Source: Thermoplasmata archaeon (lineage in GTDB: Archaea; Thermoplasmatota; Thermoplasmata; GCA-020350865). Taken from it: a stretch of DNA of 41,758 bases. The DNA lies in NCBI GenBank assembly GCA_020348445.1, contig CP070751.1:997451-1039208 (forward strand), given 5' to 3'. Below the pieces are notes generated by a model that did not search any database, had not been told where the DNA came from, and was given only the letters and a program-made list of their open reading frames with translations. Positions 12,101 through 18,550 of the stretch are shown in pieces. The translations under genes and the position numbers were made by a program. Every line of letters begins with the position of its first letter. Position 1 is the stretch's first letter.

Positions 12101-13041
12101 CCCTCTAATTGCAATCCCCTGTCGTTATCATAAACTTCGTTATTATAAATTAAATTATCTTCACAGGTTGTAAACGACATCTTGCCAATATATATACCAT
12201 AATCGTAGTTATGGTGAACATCGTTGTTATATATCCTACTTCTTTGAATACCAGGTTTTGAATAAATGCCATAACTGTTATGGTGGAGATTGTTTCCGTA
12301 TACAACAAAATTCTCACCACCCAAACCTATCCCCCAGCTCGAGTTGTGGATTTCATTCCCATATATGTAACAATTTTTTATATAGGACTCCGCTGTAATA
12401 CCATAATCTGAATATCTGAAAAGATTGTTCGCGATTGTAACGTTCTCTGCTTGATCAAGATAAATGCTGTACCTGTTATTTTCAAATGTACAGTTCTGTA
12501 TATCTGCATAATCGGTCATTATCGTGAGCCCATAATATGGATGACTCCAGCTACCACTTTCCCGAACCAAAGAATTATGAATTGAAAAAGATGCACCATC
12601 ATATACGACTATTGAGTAATGGAAATCGTGGTCTAATGAGCCATTATCAGTATCAAAGGGACTGTCCGTGATATTTGAAAAATCGTTAACTGTAGCTGGA
12701 TTACCATCTATGTCAGTTATGGTCAACGAGCCCCCGTCATCAACTATTATGTTGTATTGATGATCCGCAATTGTGCAGTTCATAGCTAGTGTGACATGCC
12801 TTAAGGTCAATGAACCTCCAGAATTGATTATAAGGCTTCCATTTAACACGATTATCTCGTCAGTGTAAGTTTCTGTTCCATTAACTATCCAGTCCCCCTC
12901 GATATACTGAAGGCCGTCGACTCCATCATCTGGTGTGCCTGCACTTACATTCCCATTATTAAACGGTAATACAATCTGCATCACGTTGAATATTAGCATA
13001 CTTGCGACTATGAGATATACTATTTTTCTCATAAACATCAC
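6151..13041 (-). CDS. Giant type I membrane-anchored surface glycoprotein: 2x NosD/CASH beta-helix superdomain, FN3-like, about 6 Ig-like Asp-rich repeats, 2 further Ig/PKD-like domains, TM helix, about 170-aa cytoplasmic tail. Likely true start ATG 13032.
   Basis: N-terminal signal peptide. Many I.I..N.I..N...GI beta-helix repeats. RPETPTNLVA...LTW...YLIYR FN3-like motif. NT(A/P)P..V.I.P...L..Y.Y.D.D.D.E...WY repeats. Hydrophobic ILEILVIAGTGLLAFIGY followed by KIRKKK. RBS GAGGTGA lies 5 nt before ATG 13032. Confidence 0.92.
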   Translation of the reverse strand: MMFMRKIVYLIVASMLIFNVMQIVLPFNNGNVSAGTPDDGVDGLQYIEGDWIVNGTETYTDEIIVLNGSLIINSGGSLTLRHVTLAMNCTIADHQYNIIVDDGGSLTITDIDGNPATVNDFSNITDSPFDTDNGSLDHDFHYSIVVYDGASFSIHNSLVRESGSWSHPYYGLTIMTDYADIQNCTFENNRYSIYLDQAENVTIANNLFRYSDYGITAESYIKNCYIYGNEIHNSSWGIGLGGENFVVYGNNLHHNSYGIYSKPGIQRSRIYNNDVHHNYDYGIYIGKMSFTTCEDNLIYNNEVYDNDRGLQLEGDNFTIYDNTIYNNYYEGIRAWRIYNSSIYNNEVHNNTDHGIEVGDSRDSQVFDNTLVYNGGLEFYSHNLNIDFCDNITIFGNTMQKLDTNSYYSVFIDRSNDITFHNNTVTHNDGSILSAAIRCDLNDDKTNNFFYDNNISFNSGVGLMFFGNNSPDFVNYIEVKNNDFYQNDDYGLYLATIRAYSITDNVISSTIGSGVWINDVENGDFIDNTIYAEPFDFFVTDTVGDYFDTNFVVTNCTCDPEDTYLNTPGSPTIVFQNYLHLDVTDVQGAAPNVTIRIKDAYGSTAYMGRTDENGQLRYIVLVNQTRYKPPASPDQIKYYDPYNITATSDGDTAWGEIEPIMDVSQTVNVHFTTDLRPETPTNLVAVSKDIDVHLTWTPCHSPDLRNYLIYRNGTVVDWVLFHDTIGDADPLANEWTDLMAASDWTLYKYKVLAMDLGLQLSDFSNVAKCGDWAINDTRSYSDFSIELNGSFIVLSNGNVTLSKVHMVFNCSNMGEFGIKVKPGGELYILDMDDDPQTIDDQSNITSFRYDVGFHFVVEGARFEMRNSKVLSCGSEKGLEYPKWAIEKWAPDVITEGDPKTRGLYISSVATNVLIENNNFTNNFVSILPYGAQNCIIRNNTFFENKFGIYLYEAYDNDIYQNTFNLTFAYSIYLFDSISNHINSNNVFIDPIMGSRPTVAAGIVIYGSNCNDNKIFNNEVSWGDYGIAIYDGGVDNNISGNNLYDQTYQDDGGIYIYGSSGNILLDNYFYNSYIGYLIYQSDSTSIQGGTITDSFFGSYITNSGNITLSNIVIDNALMAGFVGFYCYKLRIEKASIYNCGFGGLAFAGGSILTASDITIEDCNFGIYTVWGSENVIFQDVTAEIGIEQGFIGEGCNNVLFENCTFASSLLDFNLTLTSIILINTTYYQTKIVMDNSSSISLNWYIHVKVLDWIDNPVSNAEVKVRKVFGTIMFSGYTDSQGYAKWILLHERTQYIFSNETSNPHFIFANYGNHSGSLDLMLNQSGVITVYLENTAPTASNVIISPTYPTTVSNLNLSYMYTDSENDPEGTTMILWYIDGIHYSSFNNWMIIDSVYTQKGQTWFCEVIPHDGTVYGVPMISIPVTIQNTPPVASNVLIDETNPRSSDNLHVSYTYFDIDDDPETWSLRKWMVNNGSGWVYSGVDSMELSSIYTKKGDKWRCLVSPGDGDDYGEPKLSPTVNITNTAPEVSEVIVIPESPVSNETLQVNYIYFDLDDDPESGSEIRWYKDGLEQIDLYGSASVAPEKTRQGEKWYYIITPSDGEDLGIQVQSESIIIGNTPPSVSNVIINPQNPDTTDELTVEYDYYDEDDDDESIDTIIKWYRKRVGDLEFTYTGHQGKILSSSFTTKGEEWKCVVTPHDSLDYGSNVNSSLEVTILNSPPIASDVYISPSEPTTQYDLVANYEYSDLDSDSEDGTTIMWYRDGVQMTTLANALTVPSDETQKDQVWYFIVQPKDGFDFGDPIQSPEITIQNSPPTAVDLSISPSPPLGDNDLTAYYTFFDEDGDTEQDPEIKWYKSGLLQDIDGLVVESSATQKGDLWSYTLIVFDGEDYSELISSYHVVIENSEPQVNTISPGQGQITLNETESWEFYVDVEDPDGDFLLFKWKLGKQTVSDDEAYLFETDYESAGTYTLNLSVQDLGERSVTLYFEWTIVVNNVNLLPQIEVKEPISKSPKMKEDTSLKFMIDESDPDAEDTLEITWYFDDVVVQTGGSSYTYFADYSAAGKHKVTAVVSDGTDETEYGWNLSVADVGEELILGLNWDQWSIILEILVIAGTGLLAFIGYSKIRKKKGALKKYMAEIDEISEGKGEDPVEYENKLNELDARINDEFKQGNIEDLHFLMLEEIMVSKRGEIRRAAVAHKFEELPEGVTRELDEMLADGRISREEYEGFVMTISQTSSLTATQRKELSRMIGDWEVEDKGNIHNERPAPEIKPEKYEIDEEIGDKSDESREKENIDDE

Positions 13042-13044
13042 CTC
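13038..13044 (-). promoter_or_regulatory. Archaeal ribosome-binding site GAGGTGA of the second surface-protein gene
   Basis: Minus strand reads GAGGTGATGTTT-ATGAGAAAA, nearly identical to the start context of the paralogue. Confidence 0.7.
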
Positions 13045-13270
13045 AATGCCTGATAGTCACTTTTGCCCACATTTTTCCTAAATATTTACATTTTTAGATA
13101 GCTGTCCAATGTAATTCTATATATTAATAAATATCTTTTATTCATAGAACTGGTATATGTCACGAAAATACGCTATTAATGACCAATAATTCACGATGAA
13201 AACTGCAATGCATGATGAGATTCGAGGATTCCACACCGATAGAGCTATAAATTAAAATGCCATTCAGGGT

Positions 13271-14692
13271 ATGGGGGGCAATCTGATGAATGCGATAAAG
13301 AGCTTTTTTAAACCTTCCTCAGTGGCTGTAATAGGCGCATCCCCGAAAAAGGGGAAAGTAGGCAATATAGTACTTAATAACATAATATACGGCTCTGAGG
13401 AGAACGAGAAAAATGGTGTAGTGGGAGGATTTAAAGGGAATATATACCCAATAAATCCCAAGGCAGATGAAATATCAGGACTCAAGGTGTATGACTCCGT
13501 AATCAAGGTCCCCTCCGAAGTGGATATGGCAGTTGTGTGTATTCCACCTAAAGCAGTTAAGGATGCAATTGAAGATTGTGGAAAAAAAGGTGTGAAATCC
13601 ATTGTGATCATCACGGCAGGTTTCTCTGAGATGGGAGCTGAAGGGAAAAATCTGGAAAAAGAAATCCTGTCAACAGCAAAAAAATATAAAATACGCATAA
13701 TTGGCCCGAACTGTCTTGGAATTATCAGCCCTTTCTGTGATCTCAACGCAAGCTTCGGCGATGCTGTCCCAAAACGCGGTCCCATTTCCTTTGCTTCCCA
13801 AAGCGGCGCTCTGTGCACATCAGTTATTCAATACTCCTTTGAGGAATATCTTGGATTCTCGAATTTCGTGAGCATCGGAAACAAGTCTGACGTTGACGAT
13901 TCTGATCTAATTGAATATTTCCATTCTGACCCGTATACCAAATGCATCATGCTTTATATCGAGTCTTTAAAGGATGCCAGAAAATTCTTCAAGACCGCCC
14001 GCAATGTAGTGAGAGACAAGCCCATAGTGGCATTCAAATCAGGATACACAGAGGAAGGTGCCAAAGCCACATCCTCACATACAGGTAGCATTGCGGGCTC
14101 AGATGCTGCCTATGAAGCTGCTTTTAGACAGTCCGGAGTGTTTCGTGCAAGGACATTAAGTGAGCTTTTCGATGCATCACGGGCACTTGCATACCAGCCT
14201 GTTCCGAAAGGGGAAAAAATCGCGATCCTGACCAATGCGGGAGGTCCTGGCGTTCTTGCTGCAGATAAGGTATTTTCCCTTGGCATGCAGCTCGCCGATC
14301 TTTCCGAAGACACTATCAAGAAGCTGGATAGAATATGTCCTCCCAATTGGAGCCGCCGCAATCCCATAGATATAATCGGTGATTCCACAGCGCAAAGATA
14401 TGATGACGCCCTTAAGGTCCTGATGAATGCCAAGGAGGTGGATGCCGTAATTCTGCTTTTGGCTCCCACTGCTATGGCCCATCCATTGAATCTTGCGTAC
14501 AGAATAGTTGACATACAGCTCGCCACTGGAAAACCCATCTCAGTCTCATTTGTTGGTATGGTCCACCAAGAATCTGAGAATTATTTGGACAGCAAAGGTA
14601 TACCTGAAATAGAGTATCCTGAGCGGGCTGTATTTGCCATGTACGCTCTCATGGAACGCTATCGATTCTTGAAAAAGGAGGGATTGATTTGA
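13271..14692 (+). CDS. acdA: Acetate/acyl-CoA ligase (ADP-forming), alpha subunit
   Basis: FFKPSSVAVIGAS CoA-binding start, IIGPNCLG, SQSGAL, phospho-His motif SHTGSIAGSD, ILTNAGGPGVLAAD, NPIDIIGD. Confidence 0.93.
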   Translation: MGGNLMNAIKSFFKPSSVAVIGASPKKGKVGNIVLNNIIYGSEENEKNGVVGGFKGNIYPINPKADEISGLKVYDSVIKVPSEVDMAVVCIPPKAVKDAIEDCGKKGVKSIVIITAGFSEMGAEGKNLEKEILSTAKKYKIRIIGPNCLGIISPFCDLNASFGDAVPKRGPISFASQSGALCTSVIQYSFEEYLGFSNFVSIGNKSDVDDSDLIEYFHSDPYTKCIMLYIESLKDARKFFKTARNVVRDKPIVAFKSGYTEEGAKATSSHTGSIAGSDAAYEAAFRQSGVFRARTLSELFDASRALAYQPVPKGEKIAILTNAGGPGVLAADKVFSLGMQLADLSEDTIKKLDRICPPNWSRRNPIDIIGDSTAQRYDDALKVLMNAKEVDAVILLLAPTAMAHPLNLAYRIVDIQLATGKPISVSFVGMVHQESENYLDSKGIPEIEYPERAVFAMYALMERYRFLKKEGLI

Positions 14693-15396
14693 AAAACAAG
14701 GCAATTTCTGAACATATTTCCTCTGCAATAAAAAGCGGAAAATCCATTCTAGATCTTGAGGAAGCCAGGGAAATCATGGAGCTTTCTGGAATACCATTTA
14801 ACAAATCAGGTTTTGGAAAAACCGAAGATGAGGTGGTTTCGGTTGCCAATGAAATGGGATATCCAGTGGCATTGAAGATCGTATCTCCTCAGATCGTTCA
14901 CAAAACTGAATCAGGGGGGGTTAAACTCGATATCAATTCTGAGGAAGAAGTGAAATTTGCTTATCGCGAAATCATGAAAAGTGTTAAAAACAAGGTTCCA
15001 GATGCCGAGATTTTGGGAATATCAATAGACGAGATGGTAAAGGGAACAGAGCTTATAATCGGAACCACGGTGGACCCTCAATTTGGGCACATGATAATGT
15101 TCGGCATCGGCGGTATATTCGTGGAAATATACGAGGATGTGAGTTTTCGATTGATTCCAATAACCTCAGGCGATGCAAAGGATATGTTAAACGAAATCAA
15201 AGGCAGGCCATTACTCGATGGAGCAAGGGGCCGGCCAAAGATCGATGAGGGACAATTAGTTGATATTCTCATGAAGGTCTCCGAGCTTGTGGATAAAAAT
15301 CCCGATATACAGGAAATGGATCTCAATCCCCTCATGGCAAATGAAAGCAATGTTGTTGCCGTGGATGCAAGGATAATACTGAAAAAGTCCGAATAA
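14689..15396 (+). CDS. acdB: Acetate/acyl-CoA ligase (ADP-forming), beta subunit (ATP-grasp)
   Basis: GYPVALKIVSPQIVHKTESGGV, DPQFGHMIMFGIGGIFVE, EMDLNP...AVDARI. Overlaps the acdA stop by 4 nt (TTGA). Confidence 0.93.
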   Translation: MKNKAISEHISSAIKSGKSILDLEEAREIMELSGIPFNKSGFGKTEDEVVSVANEMGYPVALKIVSPQIVHKTESGGVKLDINSEEEVKFAYREIMKSVKNKVPDAEILGISIDEMVKGTELIIGTTVDPQFGHMIMFGIGGIFVEIYEDVSFRLIPITSGDAKDMLNEIKGRPLLDGARGRPKIDEGQLVDILMKVSELVDKNPDIQEMDLNPLMANESNVVAVDARIILKKSE

Positions 15397-15530
15397 CACT
15401 AAAATATAGTTCTTTTGGCGGTCCATTTTGGACAATGCTCTTTTGAATGAAACCGATGTTCGTCTTAAAGAGTATATTTTAAATATCTCTCTTGATATAA
15501 TACCAATTATCACATTTATTTGGAGATGTT

Positions 15531-15887
15531 ATGATGCAGAATATGGTTGAGGTACATGGTAAGAAGTTCTGCAAGGATACAGTTGAATTGATTGCAGGCA
15601 ACCGCGGTGTAACAGATGTAGACAAGAAATTCCTTCCTGTATTGGAGGCAATTGACAAACCCAGTGAGCTTCCATTTCTTCTTGATGAGATCAATTCAAT
15701 GAAACCCACAGATGAGCTTCGCCTAGCTCTTGTCAGGGTACAGGTCCATTCCGAACTCAACATGCATGAGGATTTAAATATGCATCAAAAAAGACTTTAC
15801 GCGGCACAGACCATGGAAAAGATGCTTTGGGGAGAGCTTCTTCTGGACGGGGGCAAGGAAAAGGAAGAAGATAAGGGGAAGGAATAG
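15531..15887 (+). CDS. Hypothetical protein, 118 aa, predicted helical
   Basis: GGAG upstream, protein-like composition, acidic/basic tail; no family recognised. Confidence 0.75.
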   Translation: MMQNMVEVHGKKFCKDTVELIAGNRGVTDVDKKFLPVLEAIDKPSELPFLLDEINSMKPTDELRLALVRVQVHSELNMHEDLNMHQKRLYAAQTMEKMLWGELLLDGGKEKEEDKGKE

Positions 15888-15997
15888 TAAAATTTAGGTT
15901 ACTTTTTTTCAATATTTAGTCAAAATATTGAACCAATTTATTTAACTATAATTTTGAATATAATTATTTAATTAGATAAGAAAAGAAGGGCAATAGC

Positions 15998-16567
15998 ATG
16001 CGAAAAACCATTGCTGTTATAGGTACAGTTGTAATATTTATATTATTTTCTACAGTGGCAAGAAATGCCCTAGCAATAGGGACTTTTACAGTAGAATTAA
16101 CTGAGCATGAAAAAATCTGCTACCTCAATACTAATAATTCTAATGAAGTAATATTATATGGCTTCGTAAATTTTACAGGTGGGGGAGCAACAGAAACAGT
16201 TGTTTCGTTGACTTCAAATTGTGATTTATGGGATTCAATAGTCGAACCAAATGAAGTTCGATTTCGTACCTCAGGTAGTGAGGAATTCAATGTAAAAATC
16301 GATATCCCTCAAAACACTAATAATGGAACAACAGGCCATTTAAGTGTTACAGGTATATCACAACAAGGGGCCACCACCTATTCTTATGCTGATTTTGCAG
16401 AAATATATGTATTCAATCTTTCTGAAGATGGTAACGGAAATAACCAAGATAAATCGGAAAAAGATAAACCTGAAGACAACCAAACTTTCCCATTAATAAT
16501 ATTAATCGTTGTCGTTGCCATAATTGCTCTTTTCCTAATCTATAAATTAAAATTTAAAAAGGAATAA
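15998..16567 (+). CDS. Exported beta-rich (Ig-like) protein with C-terminal membrane anchor
   Basis: Signal peptide MRKTIAVIGTVVIFILFSTVARNALA, beta-strand-rich core, D/N/K linker, C-terminal LIILIVVVAIIALFLIY followed by KLKFKKE. Confidence 0.75.
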   Translation: MRKTIAVIGTVVIFILFSTVARNALAIGTFTVELTEHEKICYLNTNNSNEVILYGFVNFTGGGATETVVSLTSNCDLWDSIVEPNEVRFRTSGSEEFNVKIDIPQNTNNGTTGHLSVTGISQQGATTYSYADFAEIYVFNLSEDGNGNNQDKSEKDKPEDNQTFPLIILIVVVAIIALFLIYKLKFKKE

Positions 16568-16647
16568 ATTCTTTTTAATATCCTTATAAACCTCTGTCGA
16601 ATCACAAGAAAGATATTATAGGGGAGAATATATTTTGAAGTCCATTT

Positions 16648-18123
16648 ATGAATATGAAAAGGGGTAATCTCATGAAATCACCTGAGCAGTACAAGGAAAG
16701 CCTTAGGAAGATGCGTGTGAACATCTACAAATTTGGCGAGCTTATTTCAGATGTGACAACCCATCCTGCGACAAGGGCCACAATCGAGGGCCACGCACAG
16801 ATTTTCAAGGCTGCGCAAAATCCCGAGTACCAGGATATCTTAACCACAACCTCTTCTCTTTCTGGCGATAGAATATCCCGCTACCTCTCCCTAATAAAGA
16901 ATGCAGATGATATGATTGCAAATTCCAAAATGAAAAGGCTCATGTTCAATTTAACTGGCACATGCACTGGTGGAAGATGCGTTGGATGGACTGCACTAAA
17001 TGCCATGTGGGCTTCAACCTATGATATGGATCAAAAACTGGGAACAGATTATCATGAAAGAATGAAAAATTGGCTTGCCTGGGCCCAGAAACAGGACATA
17101 ACGTTGGCAGGTGCTCTGACAGACCCAAAAGGTGACAGAACAAAGCCTCCTTCCAAACAGGAAGATCCTGACATGAATCTTCGTATATTGGAGGGTAGGG
17201 ATGATGGAATAATTGTCAGGGGTGCAAAGGTAATGATATGCGGTGTTGCAGCAGCAAACGAGATCTTTGTTTTGCCTGGGATGGGCTACGAAGCTGAGGA
17301 TAAGGATTACGCTGTGTCCTTTGTTATCCCAAGGGATATTGAAGGATTAACTATCGTTGAGGCAAGGCATCCAAGTGACTTGAGGGAATTTGAAGAGAGC
17401 TTTGACATCCCAGTTAAGATGGGAGGGATAACCCAGGCCTATCTTTTATTTGAAGATGTGTTTGTTCCCAAAGAAAGGGTTTTCATGAAAAGAGAACATG
17501 ATTTCTCCCATGAGGCTGTAATGAACTTCATAATGCCGTATCGATCAGCTATTGGGGCTTGTGTTGCAGGCCAGGGTGATGTGATGATAGGTGCTGCAGT
17601 TTTAGTTGCCCAAGCCAATGGTCTTTCTGAGAAGACGTTTAGGGAAAAATTAACAAAGATGAGCATCAACAACGAAACTACATTTGGTTGTGGTATAGCT
17701 GCAGCCACATTGGGAAAGAAGCATCCTTCTGGTGTCTGGCTCTGCGATCCCCTGCTTGCCAATGTAAACAAGGTCCATGTTGCCACTTTGCCTTATGAAA
17801 CCAAGATTCTGGCCCAGGACATTTCTGGCGGTATTGGTGAAACAGGATGCATACCTTCATACAAGGATTTTAATGATGAAAGATACGGCCATCTCATACA
17901 AAAATATTTGAAGGCTTGCTCCTCTGCAGAGGACAGGGTAAAAGCAGCCAGGCTTGTTGAATGGCTTACAGTGGGAGCTGGGATACCAGGCTGCATGCAC
18001 GGAGGGGGCTCGCCTGAGGGTGCGAAGCTCATTATCAGGGCAAACATGGAGATAGAGGATAAGGTTAAGATGGCTAAGAGACTGGCTGGAATCGAACAGG
18101 AAAACAAGAAGACTGGACAATAA
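16648..18123 (+). CDS. 4-hydroxybutyryl-CoA dehydratase (AbfD)/HpaB-family FAD-Fe-S enzyme with atypical active-site residues
   Basis: GALTDPKGDR, DPDMNLRI, GIIVRGAK, DKDYAVSF, FEDVFVP.ERVF, DPLLANVNK, MHGGGSP match the AbfD family. The Cys motif is CTGGRC rather than CFQRC. Confidence 0.85.
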   Translation: MNMKRGNLMKSPEQYKESLRKMRVNIYKFGELISDVTTHPATRATIEGHAQIFKAAQNPEYQDILTTTSSLSGDRISRYLSLIKNADDMIANSKMKRLMFNLTGTCTGGRCVGWTALNAMWASTYDMDQKLGTDYHERMKNWLAWAQKQDITLAGALTDPKGDRTKPPSKQEDPDMNLRILEGRDDGIIVRGAKVMICGVAAANEIFVLPGMGYEAEDKDYAVSFVIPRDIEGLTIVEARHPSDLREFEESFDIPVKMGGITQAYLLFEDVFVPKERVFMKREHDFSHEAVMNFIMPYRSAIGACVAGQGDVMIGAAVLVAQANGLSEKTFREKLTKMSINNETTFGCGIAAATLGKKHPSGVWLCDPLLANVNKVHVATLPYETKILAQDISGGIGETGCIPSYKDFNDERYGHLIQKYLKACSSAEDRVKAARLVEWLTVGAGIPGCMHGGGSPEGAKLIIRANMEIEDKVKMAKRLAGIEQENKKTGQ

Positions 18124-18140
18124 TAAAGTGAGGGAACTTT

Positions 18141-18542
18141 TTGAAAGGCACTTATGCCCTGTTGATGCATCTTGAGGATGATAAGAACATCAGGATAGGA
18201 AGTCTGGGGAGCATTGATTTTCTTAAAGGACATTATCTTTATATTGGCTCCGGTATGAACGGTATAGAGGGAAGGGTCCGAAGACATCTTAGAGACAAAA
18301 AGAAAAATCACTGGCACATAGATTATTTTTTAGAGAAGGTCAAGATAACTAATGTTTATTATATCAATAAAAAGCGGGAATGTATCTTGGCCAATAACTT
18401 TTCCCAGAAATTCGAGGTTGTTCCAAGATTTGGATCCTCGGACTGCAATTGCAAAGGCCATCTTTTTTATGGAGGACATAGGGAACTTGTGGATTGTGCT
18501 TTACAAAACAGATTGAGTATTCTTAATTTAACCGAATTATAA
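18141..18542 (+). CDS. GIY-YIG (Uri superfamily) nuclease, DUF123 type
   Basis: KGTYAL...G.YLYIGSGMNG...RVRRH...HWHIDYFL...FGSSDCNCKGHLF. TTG start after GAGGG. Confidence 0.88.
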   Translation: MKGTYALLMHLEDDKNIRIGSLGSIDFLKGHYLYIGSGMNGIEGRVRRHLRDKKKNHWHIDYFLEKVKITNVYYINKKRECILANNFSQKFEVVPRFGSSDCNCKGHLFYGGHRELVDCALQNRLSILNLTEL

Positions 18543-18550
18543 ATTCTTAT

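Noticed and set aside
1-13041. Diversity-generating retroelement or phase-variation system acting on the surface proteins
   Set aside because: No reverse transcriptase, template/variable repeat pair, invertase or inverted repeats seen; repeat differences are not adenine-specific by eye.
13264-15763. Minus-strand ORFs opposite acdA/acdB and the 118-aa gene
   Set aside because: They fully overlap well-supported plus-strand genes and carry no motifs.
16648-18123. Calling this abfD and inferring a 3HP/4HB or DC/4HB carbon-fixation cycle
   Set aside because: Catalytic residues appear substituted, and no other cycle genes are in the window.
18141-18542. GIY-YIG nuclease as a homing endonuclease or mobile element
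   Set aside because: DUF123-type motifs (HWHIDY, FGSSDC.C) fit a stand-alone archaeal protein; no intron, intein or flanking repeats are visible.
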